Of a stretch of 64,000 nt of DNA, positions 20,161 through 30,068 are shown one piece after another. Within the stretch, counting starts at the first letter, position 1. Each line of letters begins with the position of its first letter. This DNA is from Lachnospiraceae bacterium UBA7205 (GTDB lineage: Bacteria; Bacillota; Clostridia; Lachnospirales; Lachnospiraceae). The stretch covers positions 53,704-117,703 of the forward strand of contig DKUL01000059.1 in the NCBI GenBank assembly GCA_002490665.1. The letters run 5' to 3'. The position numbers and the translations under genes were made by a program. The notes under the pieces were generated by a model that was not told the DNA's origin, made no database searches, and worked only from the letters and a program-made list of their open reading frames with translations.

Positions 20161-21453
20161 ATGATAAGGAAACTGCGGAAAAAGTTCGTTATTTTATCGA
20201 CAATATCATTGTTATTGCTGCTGGGTATTATTGTGGTATCCAGCAATTTTCTGACTTACAGGGAACTTGTGGATAAGGCGGATGTTGTGCTGGACATGAT
20301 TGTGGAAAACGGTGGGCGCCCTGTGCATTTGCTTCCGCCTGAAAAAAAGGAAATTCCGCGGGAAGGCATGCCCGGCGAGCGCGGCAGATTCTTCGGAAAA
20401 AAGCTTCTGTCACCTGAAATCATGTATGAGGCGCGATTTTTCACTGCGACTGTCTCGGGGGACGGACAGATGATATCCGTCGATACGCAGAGCATTGCCA
20501 TGGTGGATGATGCCGAGGCGCAAAACTATGCAAAACAGGCATATGGTAAAAAGAGTGACAGGGGATTTATTAACGATTTCCGGTATATAAAATATATTGA
20601 CGGAAATGACATTCGTGTCATTTTACTCGACTGCGGCAGGAATCTTTTTACCTTTAAGAATGCCCTTCTCATCAACTGTCTGATATCGTTTGCCGGGCTG
20701 CTTGTGATTTTTGTCATCATCGTCATTTTTTCAGCGAAAATTGTCAGGCCGGTTTCGGAGAGCTACAACAAACAAAAACAGTTTATTTCCGTGGCAGGGC
20801 ATGAGATTAAGACACCGATTACGGTTATCGACGCGGACGCGGAGGTTCTTGCCATGGAAATCGGCGAGGACAATGAGTGGCTTTTGGATATCCGCAAGCA
20901 GACAAAGCGGATGGCGGTGCTTACGAACGACCTGCTTGCGCTGTCACGCATGGATGAGAACAGGCAGCAGTATACCATGATTGATTTTCCGGTGTCGGAT
21001 GTCGTCGGGGAGATGGTCAGATCCTTTCAGACCCTTGCGCGAAGCAGGGGGAAAACCATCAGGGCAGAGATAACGCCAATGCTGTCATATTACGGCGATG
21101 AAAATTGTTTCCGGCAGCTTGTGGGCATTCTTCTGGACAATGCCATCAAGTACACACCGACCGCAGCGGATGGCAGCTGTGATGCCATCCGGATGACGCT
21201 GGAAAAGAAGAACCATAATATCTGTCTGTCTGTAAGGAACAGCTCGGATCCCGTGAGCAATGAGCAGCTGGGGCGTTTCTTTGACCGCTTTTACAGGACG
21301 GAGCAGTCAAGGAGCTCCGAAAGCGGCGGGTATGGGCTGGGACTGTCCATAGCAAAATCAATTGTCGAGGCGCATAAGGGCAGGATTACCGCGACGGCGC
21401 CTGATGCAAAAACGGTACAGATATCCGTCGTTCTGCCGTCAAGAAGCCGCTGA
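20161..21453 (+). CDS. Sensor histidine kinase (CiaH-like)
   Basis: Two TMs, H-box AGHEIKTP, N-box LLDNAIKY, FDRFYR, GYGLGLSIA. Confidence 0.92.
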   Translation: MIRKLRKKFVILSTISLLLLLGIIVVSSNFLTYRELVDKADVVLDMIVENGGRPVHLLPPEKKEIPREGMPGERGRFFGKKLLSPEIMYEARFFTATVSGDGQMISVDTQSIAMVDDAEAQNYAKQAYGKKSDRGFINDFRYIKYIDGNDIRVILLDCGRNLFTFKNALLINCLISFAGLLVIFVIIVIFSAKIVRPVSESYNKQKQFISVAGHEIKTPITVIDADAEVLAMEIGEDNEWLLDIRKQTKRMAVLTNDLLALSRMDENRQQYTMIDFPVSDVVGEMVRSFQTLARSRGKTIRAEITPMLSYYGDENCFRQLVGILLDNAIKYTPTAADGSCDAIRMTLEKKNHNICLSVRNSSDPVSNEQLGRFFDRFYRTEQSRSSESGGYGLGLSIAKSIVEAHKGRITATAPDAKTVQISVVLPSRSR

Positions 21454-21470
21454 CAAAGAAAAGCTGCGCA

Positions 21471-21800
21471 TCAGCGTTCCAGATGCTCCTGATATGCCTT
21501 TAGCATATGGTAAAAGAGCTTCTGGTCGCGTCTTGGCAGCTGCTGGTACAAGTCATAAAAATCTAAAGAGTTATCTTCACTCGGAATTGCGGACTGCTCA
21601 ATCAAGTCGGCGGGGGAGCAGCCGATGAAATCGCAGATGTCCACAAATGTATCCAGGCTCATTTTTGTAACGCCGCGTTCAATCTGGCTGATAAAGCTCA
21701 GGGACAGGTCAAGCTGCTCTGCCATCTGTTCCTGGGTGATATGCATCTGTTTTCTGTAAAATTTAATTCGTTTTCCCAAAGTTTTATAATCTAAAGCCAT
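21471..21800 (-). CDS. XRE-family HTH transcriptional regulator
   Basis: LGKRIKFYRKQMHITQEQMAE...ISQIERG; divergent from the polysaccharide operon. Confidence 0.88.
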   Translation of the reverse strand: MALDYKTLGKRIKFYRKQMHITQEQMAEQLDLSLSFISQIERGVTKMSLDTFVDICDFIGCSPADLIEQSAIPSEDNSLDFYDLYQQLPRRDQKLFYHMLKAYQEHLER

Positions 21801-21879
21801 ACTGATTCTCCATATTCGTTATTTTATCCATAAAGTAAAACTATTATTATTTTCTATTAAGTTGATAATATAGTGACAG

Positions 21880-21976
21880 ACACTATTACTGCGTTTTCTT
21901 TCAGAAATTCGCACTAATACTATTGATTTTTGACAGTATTAGTGTTAAACTGCTATAGAAATCGCAATAATAGTGT
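21880..21976. promoter_or_regulatory. Nested inverted repeats enclosing a sigma-70 promoter of the polysaccharide locus
   Basis: Outer IR 21880-21899 / 21957-21976 (18/20); inner perfect 10-bp IR 21912-21921 / 21935-21944; both centred on 21928. TTGACA at 21930, TATAGA at 21954. Confidence 0.65.
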
Positions 21977-22053
21977 TATTTTTTGTCATGTAAAGAGGAT
22001 AAAAGCGACATGTGGGAAAACGACTTCAAAAGAAAACCGGAGGAGATTGCGGA

Positions 22054-22830
22054 ATGGGGCGAATAAGGGAACTGGTCGAATACAGGGAGATGACTGCAAG
22101 TCTTGTGAGGCGGGAACTCCGCGGGAAATATAAGGGCTCGATTCTCGGCTTTCTGTGGACATTTATCAACCCACTGTGCCAGATTGTCATCTATACGGTT
22201 GTATTTTCGATGATTATGCGAAGCGGCCTGGAAAATTTTAATATATACATGATTTCGGGAATGATACCATGGTTCTTTTTCAGCGGCTCCGTTTTGCAGG
22301 GGGCAGGCTGCATCAGGGCGCACGCGAACATGGTGAAGAAAATTTATTTTCCGCGGGAAGTGCTGCCGGTTGTCGTGACGACTTTTCAGTTTATCAATAT
22401 GCTGCTGAGCTTTATCTTCATTATCGCGGTGGTCATTGTGGAAAAAGGACGCTTTAATCCCGTTGCATGGGGATATCTTCCGCTGGTGATGCTGACGGAG
22501 TATCTGCTTGCCCTGGGGCTTGCACTGCTGATATCGGCATGTACCGTTTATTTCCGTGACTTGGAGCATATCACAAGCGTCCTGCTGATGGCATGGGTTT
22601 ACCTGACACCGATATTTTATTCGATGGAGACGATACCCGACTATCTGCTTCCGATATTCCGTTGCAACCCGATGACGCCCGTGATAGAGATGTACCACAG
22701 CATTATTTACTATGCAAAACCGCCTGAAACGGCGGCACTTGCACAGGCTTTCCTGTCCGCCATTGCTTTTCTGGTACTGGGAAGCCTTGTGTTTGGAAAA
22801 CTTGAAGAGAATTTTGCGGAGGAACTGTGA
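22054..22830 (+). CDS. wzm: Polysaccharide ABC exporter permease (Wzm/TagG-like)
   Basis: RGKYKGSILGFLW, KKIYFPRE, YFRDLEHI, YLTPIFY, NPMT motifs. Confidence 0.9.
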   Translation: MGRIRELVEYREMTASLVRRELRGKYKGSILGFLWTFINPLCQIVIYTVVFSMIMRSGLENFNIYMISGMIPWFFFSGSVLQGAGCIRAHANMVKKIYFPREVLPVVVTTFQFINMLLSFIFIIAVVIVEKGRFNPVAWGYLPLVMLTEYLLALGLALLISACTVYFRDLEHITSVLLMAWVYLTPIFYSMETIPDYLLPIFRCNPMTPVIEMYHSIIYYAKPPETAALAQAFLSAIAFLVLGSLVFGKLEENFAEEL

Positions 22831-23567
22831 TGGAAACGATATCCGTGTGTGAAGTCAAAAAAAGCTTCAAGGTGTATTTTGACAAAGGAAACATGCTCAA
22901 GGAAAGAATCCTTTTCCCGAACCGGAACCGTTATGAGCGGCGGGAAGTCCTGCGCGGCATCAGCTTTGCGTGCCAGAAGGGGGAGGCGGTCGGACTAATC
23001 GGGAAAAACGGCTGCGGCAAGAGCACCATACTCAAACTCCTGTCCAGAATCCTGCGCCCCAATGAGGGAACGATTACCGTGAATGGCAGGGTATCAAGCC
23101 TGATAGAGCTTGGCGCGGGTTTCCATATGGACATGACAGGCAGGGAAAACATCTATATCAATGCCGCCATCTTTGGCTTAAAGAAAAAGGAAATCAACGC
23201 GCGTCTGGACGACATCATCCGGTTTTCGGAGCTTGGGGAATCCATAGACAATCCTGTCAGAACCTACTCGTCCGGCATGTACATGCGGCTTGCGTTTTCT
23301 GTTGCGATTAATGTGGATGCGGACATCCTGCTCGTGGATGAAATCCTTGCGGTGGGGGATGTCAATTTCCAGAGTAAGTGTTTTGAAAAACTTAGGGAAA
23401 TCAAACGTGCAGGAACGACAATTGTAATTGTGTCACATGCAATGGAGCAGTTGTATGAAATCTGTGACAGGCTGATTTGGATAGAAGATGGCATGGTTCG
23501 AATGGATGGGGATGTGAGACAGATAGCTGAGGCATATCTTGTCAGCATGGAGAGTAGAAGAACATAA
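22830..23567 (+). CDS. wzt: Polysaccharide ABC exporter ATPase (Wzt/TagH-like, no C-terminal carbohydrate-binding domain)
   Basis: GKNGCGKST, TGRENI, YSSGMYMRLAF, LLVDE; about 245 aa. Confidence 0.9.
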   Translation: METISVCEVKKSFKVYFDKGNMLKERILFPNRNRYERREVLRGISFACQKGEAVGLIGKNGCGKSTILKLLSRILRPNEGTITVNGRVSSLIELGAGFHMDMTGRENIYINAAIFGLKKKEINARLDDIIRFSELGESIDNPVRTYSSGMYMRLAFSVAINVDADILLVDEILAVGDVNFQSKCFEKLREIKRAGTTIVIVSHAMEQLYEICDRLIWIEDGMVRMDGDVRQIAEAYLVSMESRRT

Positions 23568-23580
23568 ATAGGAGGAACGT

Positions 23581-25371
23581 ATGAAGCTACAGGAGATATT
23601 ATGGCCAAAGGATGGGATATGTACTGACATTGAAATGTATTTTCATTCTAATTATAAGGTCAATCTGATTCAGACGGAGCATACGCATATTCGGTTCAGA
23701 AGGGGTGGCGTGATTACCACCGATACATATTTTAATAGCCTGTCGGTAGAAAAATGGAAAAAATATACGAACATTCAGAGTCTTTCGCTTACAGTGGCAG
23801 TTCAGGGAACATTTCACATCAGCCTGTGCTGGAAAAGGAAGATAAATGACATGTTTATTGAAAGGGAGCTAAAAAATATTGTTGTCAATGCGCCTGAGAG
23901 ACAGGAAGTGACATTGGCGTTTCCGGATGAGACAAAAGGCATGCTCTTTTTTCGAATAGAGTCTTTGGAGAAAGGCGGGAAATTTTATGGCGGTTATTAT
24001 CAGACAATGGTGCAGCCTGACGGAATCAGGCCTGTAAAGCTTGGAATTGTCATCTGTACCTACAAGCGTGAAAAATATGTCAGGGACAATATCAGTCTCT
24101 TGAACAAGGATATCATTCAGAATAAGGACAGTCCGCTTTTCGGGAAACTGGAAGTATTTATTTCGGATAATGGACAGAGCCTGGAATCATATCACCTTGA
24201 AAGTGAGAGGATTCACATCATAAAAAATAAAAATGCGGGCGGTGCGGGCGGCTTTACGCGTGGGTTGATGGAGATAATCAGGAAGCCGGACAGGGCGGGA
24301 ATAACCCATGCGCTCCTGATGGATGATGATATCGTGGTAGACACTGCGTCCATCGTGAGAACCGCCACGATACTCGCACTTTTGAAGGATGCTTATCAGG
24401 ATGCGTTTGTGGGCGGAGCGATGCTGCGTGCCGACCAGCGCAATATCCAGGTGGAGGCAGGCGCTTCCTGGAATGCAGGGAAATTGATTTCATTAAAGGC
24501 TGATTTGGACTTACGGTTATGGGAGAACTGTCTTAGAAATGAACAGGAGGAGTACAGTGAATTCAATGCGTGGTGGTATTGCTGTTTTCCGATTGACATT
24601 GTGGAGGAGGACAATCTGCCGCTTCCGATTTTTATTCGGGGGGACGATTTGGAATATGGACTGCGCAACATGAAAACATTGATTCTGATGAATGGTATCT
24701 GTGTGTGGCATGAGCCGTTTGAGAATAAGTATTCTTCTTTTCTGGAGTACTATGTTATCCGAAACAGACTGATTGACAATGCCTTTCATTTTCCAGGGTG
24801 GGGAAAGAAGGAGCTAATCCGGACGCTGATTGGCGAGTACAGGCGGGAGGCTTATCTTTATCGGTATAAAAACGTGGAATTGTACATAAAAGGAATCCGG
24901 GATTTCTTAAAAGGCATTGATTTTCTTGAGCAGACAGACCCGGAATGGCTTCATGAGGAGATTATGGCATCCGGTTATAAGGCGCTTCCGGCAGAGCAGC
25001 TCGAGGTACCGTTTATGGAAAGTGAGTATGAACGGGGAAGGACGGAAGAACATCCCCGTCTGCATGAGATTGTGCGAAAGTTTACACTGAATGGGTATCT
25101 GCTTCCCGCCAAGCATATAAGGACGGTTCCGGTGGCCCAGGCAAGACCGGAGTTCGTGTGGCGTGCAAAAACAATTTTATTTTATGACATTGTGGAAAAT
25201 AAAGGATTTGTTACGCACAGGAGTCTGCGGAAATTTATAGGACAGGGATTTCAGGTGCTGGGCACAATCATTGCGATACTGACGCAGTATGACAAGGCAA
25301 AAAAATCATATCAGGACAGGAGAAAAGAAGTTACCTGTATGACGTTTTGGGAGCATTACCTGGATATATAG
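23581..25371 (+). CDS. GT2 glycosyltransferase, GlfT2-like galactofuranosyltransferase
   Basis: N-terminal beta domain (TDTYFNS...KWKKYT), NAGGAGGFTRG, MDDDI, AWWYCC, LPLPIFIRGDDLEYGLR, VWHEPF. Confidence 0.75.
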   Translation: MKLQEILWPKDGICTDIEMYFHSNYKVNLIQTEHTHIRFRRGGVITTDTYFNSLSVEKWKKYTNIQSLSLTVAVQGTFHISLCWKRKINDMFIERELKNIVVNAPERQEVTLAFPDETKGMLFFRIESLEKGGKFYGGYYQTMVQPDGIRPVKLGIVICTYKREKYVRDNISLLNKDIIQNKDSPLFGKLEVFISDNGQSLESYHLESERIHIIKNKNAGGAGGFTRGLMEIIRKPDRAGITHALLMDDDIVVDTASIVRTATILALLKDAYQDAFVGGAMLRADQRNIQVEAGASWNAGKLISLKADLDLRLWENCLRNEQEEYSEFNAWWYCCFPIDIVEEDNLPLPIFIRGDDLEYGLRNMKTLILMNGICVWHEPFENKYSSFLEYYVIRNRLIDNAFHFPGWGKKELIRTLIGEYRREAYLYRYKNVELYIKGIRDFLKGIDFLEQTDPEWLHEEIMASGYKALPAEQLEVPFMESEYERGRTEEHPRLHEIVRKFTLNGYLLPAKHIRTVPVAQARPEFVWRAKTILFYDIVENKGFVTHRSLRKFIGQGFQVLGTIIAILTQYDKAKKSYQDRRKEVTCMTFWEHYLDI

Positions 25372-25391
25372 GCAGGAGGGGACAACAAAAA

Positions 25392-27476
25392 GTGAAGGGA
25401 TTATATCGTCTTATTTTTGTGGCTGTTTTTGTTGAGGTCATAATATGTAATTTTAGGACATGGGAATCCATGGGGTGGACTTCATATGACATGGTTGAGA
25501 ATGGTTCGTTTTTGTTAAAGGATGGACAGTTTGTGACCACGGAAGCAGACAAAAGCTCGGTTGTCGCGCCGTTCAGGGAAGATGGATGGTGTGATGTGAC
25601 CGCATTTGACGGAATGTATCCTGTCAAAAATATATATTTATTATGCCGGTATTTGGATTCGGACAGCCAGCCGATTGAAAATAGTTATGTTACGGTGTAC
25701 ATGAAGGTGCGGGATGAAGGAAATGCAATCAGCTATCAGCTGCCGGACAGGGTGGTAGCGCCCGAAATCAGGAGGACGCAGTACAATCGCCTGAATCCTT
25801 GCGGGCAGTTAAAGGGACTGGAGCTGACTTTCCTGAAACCTGATTATAGGGACATTGCCGCGGTAGAAATAGTGGCGTGCCAGTTTAACGTGCATGTGGC
25901 GTTCCGGTTTTCATTGCTCCGCTGCTGTATTGTGCTGCTGTTAATCTTGTCCGTATATTACTTGCGTCCGGGTTCGCGGATATATCAGAGGGCAGTTGAT
26001 GAAAAGTTTCGCGGAAAAAAGACTGTGGTAATCATATGCCTGATGGGATGTATTTTGTTTTCCTTATTTTTTGCAAACATAAATCCACAGTACTATTACA
26101 AAAATTACCGGACACAGTATCACGACCTGGCAGAGGCATTTATGGAGGGAAATCCGTATCTAAATGAAAAACCGGCAAATTCACTTGCGACAATGGAAAA
26201 TCCGTATGACACCAATTTACGGGAGGCCGTTACAAGGGAAGCCGGCGAAACATGGAGACTGGACTGGGCTTATTTTAACAACCGGTATTATGTTTATTTT
26301 GGCGTGGTTCCTGTCCTGATGCACTTTCTCCCTTATTATGCGCTTACGGGTACCCATTTGTCGGTGAATGCTTCGGTGTCTTTCTTTGGCATTTTCTATA
26401 TAGCAGGCTGTTTTGCACTGCTTTGGATGATTTTTAAGAGGAAATTTTCAAAAGCCCCTTTTGCGCTTTACCTGTTGGGCTGCGGTATGCTTGTATTCTG
26501 CTCGGGAATGTTCTATGCCTTTAGGGGGCCTGCCTTTTATGGACTGCCGATATTGGCGGCGGCAGCTTTTTCGGTGTGGGGACTCTGGTTCTGGTATGGT
26601 TCAAGGGGGGAAGGGCAGTATCCGGTTTCATGCAGAAAAGTGATGTGTGGTTCGCTCTGTATTGCGATGACAGCGGGGTGCCGTCCGCAGTTTTTAATTG
26701 TTTCCGCTGTTTCGATATTTATATTTTACGACTGTCTGTCTGATAAAAATTTTGTGTTCTCAAAACAGGGAAGGAAATTTTTGGCGGCATGGGTTGTTCC
26801 GGCGCTTGTTGTCGCGTCAGGAATTATGTACTACAACTTTATTCGGTTTGGTTCGCCGATGGATTTTGGGGCTAATTATAACCTCACGTCAAACGACATG
26901 ACACACAGGGAATGGCATTGGGACCGAACCATCCTGGGAATCTATATGTACTTGTTTGAGCCGACAAAAATAAGCGCCGTTTTTCCATTTATTCTGGATT
27001 CACTTATGCCGGCAGACTGTGTAATACCATTTACAAATTATATGGGAATTACAATATTTGAAGGAAACTTTGGCGGTATTGTTTTTAACCATCCTGTCCT
27101 GGCACTGCCGTTTCTGGCGCTGCCATTGAGGAAATATTGTAAAAAAGATGTCTATCGGACGAGTTTGTTTTTTATGGCTTCGGCAGTAGTGATTATTGTT
27201 GCCGATACGCAGATGGCAGGCCTGGTGGGACGTTACCTGATGGATTTTGGGTGGCTGTTCTGCCTGGCGGCGGTTTTGCTGGTTTCCTCGGTGGAAGAGC
27301 GCTGCGGGGATAATACATTTAAGATGCTGATAAGAAGTGCGGTGCTGATAAGTGTGCTATGGGGCGTCATTTATGAGTTTCTGCTCGCCTTTAATGCACA
27401 TACCAATTCTTCGCTGCGGGCATTTTGCCCCAGCCTGTATTACCGGGTTCAGTCAGCAGTTGCGTTCTGGCTGTAG
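25392..27476 (+). CDS. Multi-pass membrane protein, probable GT-C glycosyltransferase
   Basis: Many TM helices; DWAYFNNRYYVYFGVVP, AGCRPQ, RFGSPMDFG, GRYLMDF motifs; polysaccharide-locus context. Confidence 0.65.
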   Translation: MKGLYRLIFVAVFVEVIICNFRTWESMGWTSYDMVENGSFLLKDGQFVTTEADKSSVVAPFREDGWCDVTAFDGMYPVKNIYLLCRYLDSDSQPIENSYVTVYMKVRDEGNAISYQLPDRVVAPEIRRTQYNRLNPCGQLKGLELTFLKPDYRDIAAVEIVACQFNVHVAFRFSLLRCCIVLLLILSVYYLRPGSRIYQRAVDEKFRGKKTVVIICLMGCILFSLFFANINPQYYYKNYRTQYHDLAEAFMEGNPYLNEKPANSLATMENPYDTNLREAVTREAGETWRLDWAYFNNRYYVYFGVVPVLMHFLPYYALTGTHLSVNASVSFFGIFYIAGCFALLWMIFKRKFSKAPFALYLLGCGMLVFCSGMFYAFRGPAFYGLPILAAAAFSVWGLWFWYGSRGEGQYPVSCRKVMCGSLCIAMTAGCRPQFLIVSAVSIFIFYDCLSDKNFVFSKQGRKFLAAWVVPALVVASGIMYYNFIRFGSPMDFGANYNLTSNDMTHREWHWDRTILGIYMYLFEPTKISAVFPFILDSLMPADCVIPFTNYMGITIFEGNFGGIVFNHPVLALPFLALPLRKYCKKDVYRTSLFFMASAVVIIVADTQMAGLVGRYLMDFGWLFCLAAVLLVSSVEERCGDNTFKMLIRSAVLISVLWGVIYEFLLAFNAHTNSSLRAFCPSLYYRVQSAVAFWL

Positions 27477-27500
27477 GGAAAAAATTTTAAAGGAGGCAGT

Positions 27501-28457
27501 ATGGATAAAATAGCTGTTCTTGTGCCTTGTTACAATGAGGCGAAAACTATAGGAAAGGTGGTAAGGGATTTTAAGGAAATTCTTCCGGAGGCAGTGGTGT
27601 ATGTGTATGACAATAATTCCAGTGACAACACGGTACAGGAAGCAGAGCAGGCGGGAGCCATAGTGCGTCACGAATACCAGCAGGGAAAAGGGAATGTGAT
27701 ACGGCGCATGTTTCGGGAAATAGAGGCAGAAGTCTATGTCATGGTGGATGGGGATGATACGTATCCTGCAAAGGCAGCTTTCGAGATGGTCAGGCTGGTG
27801 CGCGAGCGTCAGTCGGACATGGTGGTTGGCGACCGTCTTTCAGGTACATATTTTACGGAAAACAAAAGACCTTTCCACAATTTTGGGAACACACTGGTCA
27901 GGGAGAGCATCAACCGTCTGTTCCATGCATCGATTCAGGATATTATGACAGGTTATCGCGCATTTAGTTATCAGTTTGTGAAATCCTTTCCGGTTCTTTC
28001 AAAAGGATTTGAGATTGAGACGGAGATGACCATCTTTGCCGTCGACAGAAATATGAAAGTGGACAACATTGTTGTGGAGTACCGGGACAGACCAGAGGGA
28101 AGCACATCAAAACTCAATACCTTTTCGGACGGCGGCAGGGTGCTTCTGACAATGATAAATCTATATAAAAACTACAGGCCATTTGGTTTCTTTGGCAGTC
28201 TGGCGTTTTTGCTGGCTGCTGTGGGAGGCGGGTTTTTTGTCCCTGTTTTTGCAGACTTCCTGCGGACAGGGATTGTCGACAGGTTTCCGACACTGATTGT
28301 ATGTGGTTTTGTCATGGTTCTGGCAATGATTTTGTTTGCAGTTGGAGTGATTCTTGCAACGCTCAGGGTAAAAGACAGGCAGGACTTCGAGTATCGTCTG
28401 CAGGAAATTAACAGGACAAAAATATACTGCCGGAGCAGGGATGGATATGGACAATAA
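27501..28457 (+). CDS. GT2 polyprenol-phosphate glycosyltransferase (GtrB/Dpm1-like)
   Basis: VPCYNE, DNNSSD, QGKG, VDGDDTY, DIMTGYR, GFEIETE, two C-terminal TMs. Confidence 0.85.
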   Translation: MDKIAVLVPCYNEAKTIGKVVRDFKEILPEAVVYVYDNNSSDNTVQEAEQAGAIVRHEYQQGKGNVIRRMFREIEAEVYVMVDGDDTYPAKAAFEMVRLVRERQSDMVVGDRLSGTYFTENKRPFHNFGNTLVRESINRLFHASIQDIMTGYRAFSYQFVKSFPVLSKGFEIETEMTIFAVDRNMKVDNIVVEYRDRPEGSTSKLNTFSDGGRVLLTMINLYKNYRPFGFFGSLAFLLAAVGGGFFVPVFADFLRTGIVDRFPTLIVCGFVMVLAMILFAVGVILATLRVKDRQDFEYRLQEINRTKIYCRSRDGYGQ

Positions 28458-30042
28458 AAAAGAGATAAAAAGATGTAAAATTGCGCTTTTGGCGCTTATA
28501 TGCCTGGGAATTGCCTTTATGGTGTATTATGTGGCGGGGTCTGTCAGGGATTATTTCTCATCGGACTATGCGGCGTACATTCTTCTTGCGCGGGAGCAGA
28601 ATCGGCTGGGACAATTCTTTCCGGACGGTTTTCATTACAGCACGGGTCTGTTTATCTTTACACCAAATCTGTTGATAGCCCCGCTGCTTTATATTATTGA
28701 GGACTGGATAGTGTGCAGGCAGATAGCCGTGGCTGTGTATGCCGCTGTCCTGCTTGTTCTGGCTAGAATGTTCTTTTGCAGGATATTGCAGGAAAAGGAA
28801 AGCAAAACTGTGTCGTTCCTGATTTTTACGGTCTTGTTTCTGATGCCGCTTAGCTTTACGCAGATGGAGGAGTGGTTCTTTGAGGCGGGTTATCTGAACA
28901 ATATGATTTATGAACTGATGATTCTGCTTTGCTTTGCCTGTTTTTGGGAGGAACATGGCTCCCCGAAAAAAATGTGGATGACAGGAATATTGTTTTTCGG
29001 GGCATTGGTTGTGGGGAATATGGAAAGCAGCAGGAACTATCTGCTTATCAATATTCCGCTTTTCGGGGCGCTGGCGCTATACCAGCTCATTGAAAACTGG
29101 GAAGATTTTTCCACGGTGTGCAAAAACCAGAAGGTGAATCGCTCCATGGTCATTGTCGTGGCGGGCACGGTCAGCGCGTTTTTGCTATTTTCGGGAATAT
29201 CCAGATCTGTCGGACTGCGGGCCGGACTTGGCAATGCCGCGTTTGCAGATTCTTATAATATTGCGGGAAACCTGGATGCGTTTCTGAACCGGATAGTTTT
29301 GTTTCATGGCGCTTCGGGGCGGGATGAGATTATCACTATAAAAGGTGTATCCAACATGGTGAATTTTCTTATTATGACAGTGCTGACAGTAGTGTTTCCG
29401 CTTCTGGCGCTTGCAAGGTACAAAATGCTGGACAGCTCCCTTTTGAAACTATTTGTGCTGTTTCTCTGGATAAGTAACTTCCTGGATATTTATATGATGA
29501 TTTTCTGTGACTTGTGGTCGGTAAATCCGGCAAGATATTTTCAGACAGCATATTTTAACAACATTATACTGGCGTCGGTAATTTTCACCCATATGATATC
29601 TGTGAACCGGAATGGGATGGCATATCTGATTGTGCTGGTTTTGTCTGTATCAACCGGCATCAACCAGATAAACACATATACCAATGAAATATTACCTGTC
29701 AGGGAAGAATGCAGGGGAGCGTATATAGACGGATTTATTCAGTTTCTGGAGGACAACCATCTGACATATGGATATGCAAGCTTCTGGAACGCATATAAGT
29801 ATACTGCACTCTCAAGTGGAAAAGTCAATATTGCTGCCTTTGAAGGTGTGCCGGACAATCCATATAAATGGCTTACGTCGGATTCCTATTACGATCCGAA
29901 TGTGTTCAGCGGAAGATGTTTTATTTTACTGGACATGAATGTGGGAGAAAATGTGGATGACACATACCGAAACAGAGCTGTTGAGATATTGCAGTACAGC
30001 AATTATGAGATTCTTGTGTTTGAGAATAGTATTTACGGATAA
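28441..30042 (+). CDS. Multi-pass membrane protein, probable GT-C glycosyltransferase
   Basis: SSDYAAYILLARE early loop, about 11 TMs, C-terminal soluble domain (LTYGYASFWNA); follows a GtrB-like gene. Confidence 0.6.
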   Translation: MDMDNKKEIKRCKIALLALICLGIAFMVYYVAGSVRDYFSSDYAAYILLAREQNRLGQFFPDGFHYSTGLFIFTPNLLIAPLLYIIEDWIVCRQIAVAVYAAVLLVLARMFFCRILQEKESKTVSFLIFTVLFLMPLSFTQMEEWFFEAGYLNNMIYELMILLCFACFWEEHGSPKKMWMTGILFFGALVVGNMESSRNYLLINIPLFGALALYQLIENWEDFSTVCKNQKVNRSMVIVVAGTVSAFLLFSGISRSVGLRAGLGNAAFADSYNIAGNLDAFLNRIVLFHGASGRDEIITIKGVSNMVNFLIMTVLTVVFPLLALARYKMLDSSLLKLFVLFLWISNFLDIYMMIFCDLWSVNPARYFQTAYFNNIILASVIFTHMISVNRNGMAYLIVLVLSVSTGINQINTYTNEILPVREECRGAYIDGFIQFLEDNHLTYGYASFWNAYKYTALSSGKVNIAAFEGVPDNPYKWLTSDSYYDPNVFSGRCFILLDMNVGENVDDTYRNRAVEILQYSNYEILVFENSIYG

Positions 30043-30068
30043 AACAGTGGAAAAATGACTTATGGAAA

